From Candidatus Bathyarchaeia archaeon (lineage in GTDB: Archaea > Thermoproteota > Bathyarchaeia > Bathyarchaeales > Bathycorpusculaceae), in NCBI GenBank assembly GCA_050012255.1, contig JBEKHN010000001.1, positions 192,001-256,000 of the forward strand: a stretch of 64,000 bases of DNA, in the 5' to 3' direction. Position numbers and translations under genes: made by a program. Below the pieces are notes generated by a model. The model was not told the origin of the DNA. It ran no database searches and was given only the letters and a program-made list of their open reading frames with translations. Of the stretch, positions 57,840-64,000 are shown in pieces (the stretch's first letter is position 1; every line of letters starts with the position of its first letter).

Positions 57840-58243
57840 GTGAAGAGAAAAGTCAAGAGAAAAGTGAAGAGAAAGGAGAAGTCTCTCGTGTAAAAGTGAA
57901 GTTCACGGTTGAAGGGATGGGCGAAACCGAAGGAGAGCTTGTGCGTTTCTTGGCTCCGAGAACGATAGATATGATAGTTCGGAGACTACCGATAGAAGGA
58001 AGAGCTGCCCTGTGGAAGGAAGAGGTGTACTTTGAAACTCCTGTCAAGATGGGCGAAGAAAAGGCTAAGGCCACTGTCGAAACTGGGACGATCGCGTTCT
58101 GGCCCATGGGAAGCGCAATATGCATCTTCCACGGAAAATCGCAGCCCTACAGCCCGGTGAACATCATTGGAAAGGTAACCGGCGATCTTGAGCTGTTCAG
58201 GCAGGTCAAGAGTGGGACAAAAATAAGAGTTGAAAGTCTCTAG
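57836..58243 (+). CDS. Cyclophilin-like fold protein (DUF369/TM1367 type)
   Basis: LPIEGRAALW.EEVYF, G.IAFWP.G.AICIF, SPVNIIG. Confidence 0.85.
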   Translation: MSEEKSQEKSEEKGEVSRVKVKFTVEGMGETEGELVRFLAPRTIDMIVRRLPIEGRAALWKEEVYFETPVKMGEEKAKATVETGTIAFWPMGSAICIFHGKSQPYSPVNIIGKVTGDLELFRQVKSGTKIRVESL

Positions 58244-58244
58244 T

Positions 58245-58450
58245 AGCGCGCATGCTTGTTCCGAAATTCCTAGATTCCGCTCAAGAGGAAAGGCATGATG
58301 TTTCTCTATGGTTACTGTCACGGTTCAGCTGGGTGCTTGCGTGCTCACACCCTCCCCCCGGTATCCTATATGAGCCAAATATGATTGAAGAGCAGAATAA
58401 GCAGCACAAGCCACTTCCCAAAAGAATTCAGGAACATGCTAGCGCGCGCG
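58245..58450 (-). mobile_element. MITE-like element, copy B (short form)
   Basis: Reverse complement matches 7675-7989 minus a ~100-bp interior. TIRs GCGCGCATGCTTGTTCCGAAATTC / GAATTCAGGAACATGCTAGCGCGC. Confidence 0.7.
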
Positions 58451-58747
58451 AGCAAGCTCGCCTTAATGTCAATCCGAGATAAATTGATAGTGTCAGGAAA
58501 GGCACTGTGAGAAAGAGAATGTAGTGCGCACGGAGGAGCATATACGTTCTGCATATACGGGTTCTGTTGACTCTTAGGAGCTAAGTGTTGAAAAGGGCTC
58601 TGGTAACAACTTGATCACATTATCTACTCTTGGTATTCGTATTCAATGAAAACAGTCAAAAAATGGGTGAAACTGCCGTTGTCCTATGATTTTAAATACA
58701 AGTTATGCCAAACATCCCAAAATACAACTATAAGGGAGGTGGCTTGA

Positions 58748-59071
58748 GTGGCTAGATTTTTCAACTTGTGGCGCGTGAATCCGTCGGCACCATGGCCTAC
58801 AGACCCTTCTAAGCTCTTAGAACTCCACGAAATGATATGGGCAACCATGGATGGACTGATAAAGAAGGGCGAGATTGAAGAGTGGGGGATTTTCCCAGAT
58901 GCGCACGTTGGATACGCAATCGGCAAAGGGGAAACTGTAGATGTCTATAGAAACGTGAGCATGTTCTATCCTTACTTTGTCTCTGAGGTACATGAGATCA
59001 TATCATACGAGAAAAACAAAGAAATTATAAGAACAGTTCTAAAAGCTCGAATCGCAGCAATGAAGAAGTAA
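58748..59071 (+). CDS. Hypothetical protein (ferredoxin-like/DUF3303-type small protein)
   Basis: GGAGG SD, GTG start, upstream TTTAAATA box, T-rich terminator. Confidence 0.7.
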   Translation: MARFFNLWRVNPSAPWPTDPSKLLELHEMIWATMDGLIKKGEIEEWGIFPDAHVGYAIGKGETVDVYRNVSMFYPYFVSEVHEIISYEKNKEIIRTVLKARIAAMKK

Positions 59072-59164
59072 GCCTTCATCCCCTTAGATCATATTCTTCT
59101 TTTTTCATAGCAAGTCTTTATTCTTCCATTTTGAGATGTGCTAGTAATTCAGGAAAATCTTCCA

Positions 59165-59389
59165 TCATTCAAGCCCCGAAGAGTTAACAGAACCCTTGGC
59201 TATATGCATGCACATCAATACATGAATGAAGGTAAGGCCAAAAAAGAAGAATCCTGTGGGAGCGTAAAATGCGCTCAAGTAACTGAGAGAAAGTTCAAGG
59301 AAAAAAGCCAGTACGGCACTAATTATCAACAAACCTTCAATTGCCCATACATGTTTACCGTAGACTATCAAGAATTTACTGATTCTCAA
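59165..59389 (-). CDS. Small two-TM membrane protein
   Basis: Two hydrophobic segments. Confidence 0.4.
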   Translation of the reverse strand: MRISKFLIVYGKHVWAIEGLLIISAVLAFFLELSLSYLSAFYAPTGFFFFGLTFIHVLMCMHIAKGSVNSSGLE

Positions 59390-59529
59390 TTTCGCTTTCC
59401 CAATATGTTCATATCAAAGCGCTTGAAGCTAAAGTTTTTATCCAATAGGTTTTTCGCGTTCTCCGTTTAGAAAATATCTTATGAGCATGGAATTTAATAG
59501 GCGATATATGAAAAGCTGATCCTAGCGCG

Positions 59530-60027
59530 CTAGTAAACCAGGGAGCTTTCTTTCCACATTTTTAGAAGCTTCTGGCATTCTTCTGCTACTTCTTTTTCGC
59601 GCGTCTTGCTCTTCAAAGCTTCGAGGAACTCTATTCGTTTCTCATTTGAACGCTTTTCCGCTGCTCCTCCATAGTAGAGTTCTCCCTCAAGATACTCCTT
59701 CATGCTGTTGGCTTTCTGCACGAAGACGCTGGCCGCGTCAACCGAATTTTCAACAGCATATTCATTTGCCCACACAGCCACTTCTGCCTGTCGGAGCTGC
59801 GTCAGACCGTCAATCTGTTTTATGCTGCGTACGTACGTTCTGAGAAAATCGTAATAGCCGGCGGTCTTGACGAGAGCCAATGCTTTTCTGACTTTCTGCC
59901 TGAAGGCTGCACTTCCTCTGATCCCTATGCGGTGCTTGTATCCCCTGTCGATTAGCGCTCTGGCCTGTCTGACTTCTTCTTCCGTGTAGACTCGTGTGGG
60001 GAAATCCAAGGAAATCTTGACCCTCAA
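59530..60027 (-). CDS. Hypothetical protein
   Basis: 165-aa ORF downstream of rps25e on the same strand. Confidence 0.75.
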   Translation of the reverse strand: MRVKISLDFPTRVYTEEEVRQARALIDRGYKHRIGIRGSAAFRQKVRKALALVKTAGYYDFLRTYVRSIKQIDGLTQLRQAEVAVWANEYAVENSVDAASVFVQKANSMKEYLEGELYYGGAAEKRSNEKRIEFLEALKSKTREKEVAEECQKLLKMWKESSLVY

Positions 60028-60078
60028 GTCAGTAAAAGCAAGTTCTGTAACTGAAGGGGGAGCAAGCCCTTGAACAGC

Positions 60079-60402
60079 TCAGTCTACCCTGTATATTTTG
60101 ATGTTGTGATTTCCTGAAACCAGTTGGATCGCGCCGTTTTCTTTCAGTTGAACTAGCAAGTCTTTCGCTGCGCTTATGCGCACGTTGAAATGCGTCGCCA
60201 CAGAATACGGTGTCAACACGTGCATCTTCTTCAGCTCGCCAATGACCTTATCACTCTTCGCATCTGGCGGGATCACTGCAGCCAGTTTCTTTTCTTTTGA
60301 AGGTCCCGCCTTTTCCTTTTTCTTCTTGTCTTTATCCTCAGTGTCCTTTTTGTCCTGCATGCGTTCAATTTGTTTCAGGCTGAGTTTCTTTTTTCCACCC
60401 AT
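60079..60402 (-). CDS. rps25e: 30S ribosomal protein S25e
   Basis: MGGKKK, Lys-rich N-terminus, VLTPYSVA..FNVRISAAK.LL..L...G, IY. Confidence 0.9.
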   Translation of the reverse strand: MGGKKKLSLKQIERMQDKKDTEDKDKKKKEKAGPSKEKKLAAVIPPDAKSDKVIGELKKMHVLTPYSVATHFNVRISAAKDLLVQLKENGAIQLVSGNHNIKIYRVD

Positions 60403-60570
60403 CTTTATCGGCTTCCAGTATTGAAATTTGCAGGGTGGTTCTTAAGCGTTTTCCGTGTCGGAAGTCGTTTTCGCGGGCATTGAAGATGGTTGGAGACGAC
60501 TAAGATCACGGAGTAGGCAGGAAGAAGCTTCTAATTTGACAAAAAAGAAAGAGAGAATTGGCGAAAATGG

Positions 60571-60792
60571 CTATTTGCCCATCACTTTTTTCGCTGCGAT
60601 TTCTATGTCCTCAGACTTTATGGTTTTTCTCCCAGCGTGCATTGCGAAGTCCAGAGCTTCTCTTGCGATTTTCACACCGATTTCCTCTAACGCTTTGGCC
60701 AATTCTTTTGCTGCCGCTTCGCTTACTCTATCCGCCCCAGCTTTCTTGCACAATCTATGCATTGGGGCTACGGCTAATTCTAATTCGACCAC
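60571..60792 (-). CDS. Archaeal histone (HMf-like)
   Basis: [30 protein letters not shown]. Confidence 0.95.
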   Translation of the reverse strand: MVELELAVAPMHRLCKKAGADRVSEAAAKELAKALEEIGVKIAREALDFAMHAGRKTIKSEDIEIAAKKVMGK

Positions 60793-60847
60793 AAATAGTC
60801 CTCCGTAGCCTCTTTTTCTCTTTAAAGCCGTATTTAACGTTTATTGT

Positions 60848-61768
60848 TCACAATTCTTCTCGGTTGATCGTGCTCGTTTCATCTGCAGCCTTTTCGGAGA
60901 TGGATTTAAGATACTCTAAGCAACTGCTGTTCACCTTCTTGGGTTCTAAGAGTGCTATTTCTCTTAAATCGCATGTCTTTTCCAATCTGCGGATGAAAAC
61001 ATAACCTAGAAAATATCCTGTTTGCTTTTTTCCTTGGATGCTGAACCAGGAACCAAAAAAGTCTTTTACTGAAGCGTGTCTTTCCAGTCTTCTAAGAAAC
61101 TCGCTTGCCAGCCAGCCTTTATGCTGTTCGCACCATTGGAGCCATTGTTTGCCTGATTTCATGTGCCACGTCTCTTTTCCAAGAATCACATGCTCGCATC
61201 TCTGGGCGAATCCTTCACTGTACAGTTGGAACAAAGGGTCCTCCTCGGCTTTCTCGAAGGTTTTCCATTCTTCGCGCCATTTCATATGGGTGAGATGCCC
61301 CATTTCGTGGCACATCAGACCTTGAAGCTTGTTCTTTCTATGCCATTTCTCTTCTGCAATGTTTTCCAATCCCAAGAGGACAGAAGGCTGTTTGTCATAC
61401 GTGGTTGCCCATCCCGCACCGCATCCGATACCGACGTAGACGACGAAGGTTACATTGAAGTCTATTCCCAGCCTCTCTGTGGCCTTCAAGTACGTAGATT
61501 TACAGATTTGGACAATGTTGTCTCTTGCTTCCTGCATCAACGGGAGACGCTGTGGTACTAGTTGCAAGGTTTTCTTAGCATTCTCTTGCCAGTTGACGTT
61601 CGCTTCCTTACAGTTTTCAACCTGTTTTCTTAACAGTTCAGGATACTTCTTCAAGTAAGAGGTCTGCCACAGAGTCACCTGTTCATCGACTTTTTTGAAA
61701 CTTGAATCTGCCCAGTAAGCCAAGAAATCCGGGTACGTGTCTATCAGGTTGCAGCGTCGTTTGTTCAT
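60848..61768 (-). CDS. Putative Zn-dependent protease (DUF2268-like)
   Basis: CHEMGH, YSEGFA, GYFLGY. Confidence 0.75.
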   Translation of the reverse strand: MNKRRCNLIDTYPDFLAYWADSSFKKVDEQVTLWQTSYLKKYPELLRKQVENCKEANVNWQENAKKTLQLVPQRLPLMQEARDNIVQICKSTYLKATERLGIDFNVTFVVYVGIGCGAGWATTYDKQPSVLLGLENIAEEKWHRKNKLQGLMCHEMGHLTHMKWREEWKTFEKAEEDPLFQLYSEGFAQRCEHVILGKETWHMKSGKQWLQWCEQHKGWLASEFLRRLERHASVKDFFGSWFSIQGKKQTGYFLGYVFIRRLEKTCDLREIALLEPKKVNSSCLEYLKSISEKAADETSTINREEL

Positions 61769-62250
61769 GTCTCATCAATATTTTCCTCTTCAAGATAAAA
61801 GCCTGATATTGTCCCCTTGGGAAGCTATGAAAAGCGACAGATGATGAGTTCTGTGCTGTGCTCAAGGCTGTGCAGTGATGAAGATACTCTGACCACGAAT
61901 ACCATTTTCAACCATTGCAGCAATGCTCATGCGCGCCGAAAAGTTTCTCCCAACAAACTGCTCAGACCTGCCATTCAAGATCGCACACCGAACCCAACAG
62001 ATCATATTTGGCTGCAGATGGAGGGGCCTACCACTGTTGCAAGACCCAAAACTCCACGAGACAGGACCGATGTTCAGGCTCATTGCATTTAACAACACAT
62101 TCAGCACTAAACATGCAGGCTGTTTCAGTTTATTCGACAGTCGGAATAGGTAAAGTTAAATTAGCCTTGTCATGTTTATGAGAGGTTGCTTCAGCAAATC
62201 CTTAATCATGGAGCACAGAACAACAGATCGATGCTTGGAGGAACAGTTGC

Positions 62251-62475
62251 GTGGGGAGTGTTCGAACCGAACAGATAAAGCGCACGGCCAAAGAACTGAT
62301 CAGGCGTTTCCCTGGCAAGTTTTCCCATGATTTCGAAAACAACAAGCATATGGTTGCGACTCTAGTGCAGGGAGGGACGCCGAAAGTGAGAAATCAGATC
62401 GCTGGGTACATAACGCGCTATTTCGCGTCTGAAGAAGCTGAGCTGCCCAGCGAAGTTGTAGAAGAAGCTGAGTAG
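62251..62475 (+). CDS. rps17e: 30S ribosomal protein S17e
   Basis: MGSVRTEQIKR.AKEL, F..DFE.NK, VRNQIAGYITR. Confidence 0.95.
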   Translation: MGSVRTEQIKRTAKELIRRFPGKFSHDFENNKHMVATLVQGGTPKVRNQIAGYITRYFASEEAELPSEVVEEAE

Positions 62476-62527
62476 CTCTGTTAGGGGCGAGTTAACCTCA
62501 AAACTCGTGCAGAGACGAAGGAAATTG

Positions 62528-62905
62528 ATGGACCAGTACAGAAAGGGTTGGGCGCTTCGATATCTGCGCGAAGCAAAGGCAGAGCTTGAAGCTGCGAGGA
62601 AAATGCCCTATATGGCTCCGAGCCTGGTTTTGGAGGCTGTTAGAAAAGCTCGAAACGCCATTTACTACAGCTTGGGGGAGCCTGCGTTCGTCGAAATCGT
62701 CGTGCGAGAGACTGCAGAAAAAGCGCTGCCTCAGATGATTAGCGATCCCGTCCTGAAGTGTCTAGTTGAAATCGAAGGAATCGTGTACCAGCTGTCGCAG
62801 CTTGAGGAAGTGGACGGCGAGAGAGCGATGAAGCAGGCAGACACTCTGATACAGTTAGCCTCAGACATCGTTGAAACTCTAACGGAAGAAAAAATAGAGG
62901 ATTGA
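62528..62905 (+). CDS. Hypothetical helical (HEPN-like fold?) protein
   Basis: ORF following rps17e. WALRYLREAKAEL. Confidence 0.65.
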   Translation: MDQYRKGWALRYLREAKAELEAARKMPYMAPSLVLEAVRKARNAIYYSLGEPAFVEIVVRETAEKALPQMISDPVLKCLVEIEGIVYQLSQLEEVDGERAMKQADTLIQLASDIVETLTEEKIED

Positions 62906-62911
62906 GGAAGC

Positions 62912-64000
62912 CTATTGCTTCTTCAGAGACTTCTCTATGCGGTCTAAGGCTTTCTTGATGTTTTCAATCGAGTTTGCAAAGGATATGCGCAGATAGCCCT
63001 CGCCGAACTTGCCGAAGGACGTTCCAGGCAACACTGCCACGCCTGCGTTGTAGAGCAGGTGATCCCCGAGCTTGCGACTGTCCATCCCGGTTCCCCTTAT
63101 GTTTGGAAACACGTAGAAAGCCCCGTGAGGCTTCTTGCAGGTCATGCCTTTTATGTCGTTCAGGCCCTTGACTATGACTTCTCTTCTCTTCTTGAACTCC
63201 TCGACCATTCTCTCCGGTTCTTTCTGAGATCCCGTTAAGGCTTCAACTCCCGCAAGCTGAGTGAACGTGGCAGTACATGAGTTTGAGTTAGTCATCAGCT
63301 GCGCGACTTTTTCAGCTAGGTCTTTTCTCATGACACCGTAGCCGAGTCTCCATCCCGTCATGGCATAAGTTTTTGAGAAACCGTCCAGCAAGATCGTCTT
63401 GTCCTTCATCCCTGAGAATTGGGTTATACTTTCATGTTTGCCCTCGTAGACTATCCTGCTGTAGATCTCATCTGAAAGCACAAAAACATCGTCTCTGTCT
63501 TTTATGCAGTCGGCAATGACCTTCAACTGCTCCTTCGTGACGACCCCACCGGTTGGGTTTTCTGGAGAGTTGAGGATTATCATTTTCGTCTTCTTCGTTA
63601 CCTGTTTCTTCACATATTCCGGGTCAAGGCCGAACTCGTTTTCCTCTTTGAGGGGTATGGGCACGGCTTTCGCGCCAACAAAGTTTATCATAGACTCGTA
63701 GATTGGGAAGCCCGGATTCGGGAACAGTACCTCGTCGCCGGGGTTTACCAGCGCCAGGATGCTGAAGAACATTATCGGCTTGCCGCCAGGCGTGACGACC
63801 ACTTCTTCTGGCTTGACTTCCAGTTTTCTGGTTTTGGAAATGTAGTCGGCAATGGCCTGTCTCAGTTCTGGGATACCTGCAGACGGTGTGTAGTGAGTGT
63901 AGCCTGCGCTGAGGGCTTTCGTCGCGGCGTCCTTGATGTTTTTCGGCGTGTCAAAGTCTGGTTCACCTATCTCCAAGTGCACGATGTCCTTTCCCTGCTT
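62912..64000 (-). CDS. PLP-dependent aminotransferase class I (aspartate aminotransferase-like), 5' end outside the window
   Basis: HLEIGEPDF, NSPENPTG, SDEIY, GFSKTYAMTGWRLG, GAFY, RISFA. Confidence 0.95.
   Translation of the reverse strand, partial: KQGKDIVHLEIGEPDFDTPKNIKDAATKALSAGYTHYTPSAGIPELRQAIADYISKTRKLEVKPEEVVVTPGGKPIMFFSILALVNPGDEVLFPNPGFPIYESMINFVGAKAVPIPLKEENEFGLDPEYVKKQVTKKTKMIILNSPENPTGGVVTKEQLKVIADCIKDRDDVFVLSDEIYSRIVYEGKHESITQFSGMKDKTILLDGFSKTYAMTGWRLGYGVMRKDLAEKVAQLMTNSNSCTATFTQLAGVEALTGSQKEPERMVEEFKKRREVIVKGLNDIKGMTCKKPHGAFYVFPNIRGTGMDSRKLGDHLLYNAGVAVLPGTSFGKFGEGYLRISFANSIENIKKALDRIEKSLKKQ

Larger units (their letters stand above)
4811..58450. repeat. Dispersed alternating (GC)n runs of 8-10 nt (13 copies)
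   Basis: Runs at 4811-4819, 7675-7684, 11960-11967, 22342-22351, 22715-22723, 35570-35577, 37835-37844, 39319-39328, 40352-40359, 40408-40416, 43688-43695, 44825-44834 and 58442-58450. Confidence 0.9.

Noticed and set aside
57839-57875. 12-bp AAGAGAAAAGT repeats
   Set aside because: They encode the low-complexity N-terminus EEKSQEKSEEK of the cyclophilin-like protein.
61817-62181. Several overlapping 76-91 aa ORFs around a GCGCGC at 61931
   Set aside because: No recognisable protein in any frame. The single 6-mer could be chance, so neither a gene nor a scar is claimed.

Overview
Archaeal chromosomal segment, most consistent with Bathyarchaeia (TACK); this is inferred from eS25, eS1, eS17, uS15, an HMf-type histone, Alba, Pcc1, two HdrA systems, and cohesin/dockerin and PEF-CTERM surface proteins. 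Core blocks are a sugar-phosphate mutase with a nucleotidyltransferase, tRNA-Leu(GAG), hdrA-mvhD with korDABC, rps3ae-serS-pcc1-DHH...rps15, etfBA/acd/hdrABC, trpB2, ribosomal genes and an aminotransferase. They alternate with decayed accessory patches at about 7-12, 19-23, 35.5-47 and 58-62 kb. The main unexplained signal is a strong excess of alternating (GC)n runs: 13 runs of 8-10 nt counted by eye, where roughly 1 is expected. Many sit exactly at deletion or truncation junctions: the pst operon reduced to the last 11 codons of pstB, pepF with its interior removed, and truncated PhoU-AbrB regulator, CDGSH, Zn-ribbon and cas1 genes. They also form the ends of a two-copy MITE-like element with terminal inverted repeats. 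This points to an undescribed scar-leaving deletion, end-joining or transposition process. Other notable items are a solo cas1 pseudogene with no CRISPR array, an eS31 paralogue coupled to an Nmad3-like gene in an island, and a trpB2 plus SerK/SbnI-like kinase pair. All calls come from motif recognition by eye; no database searches were run.
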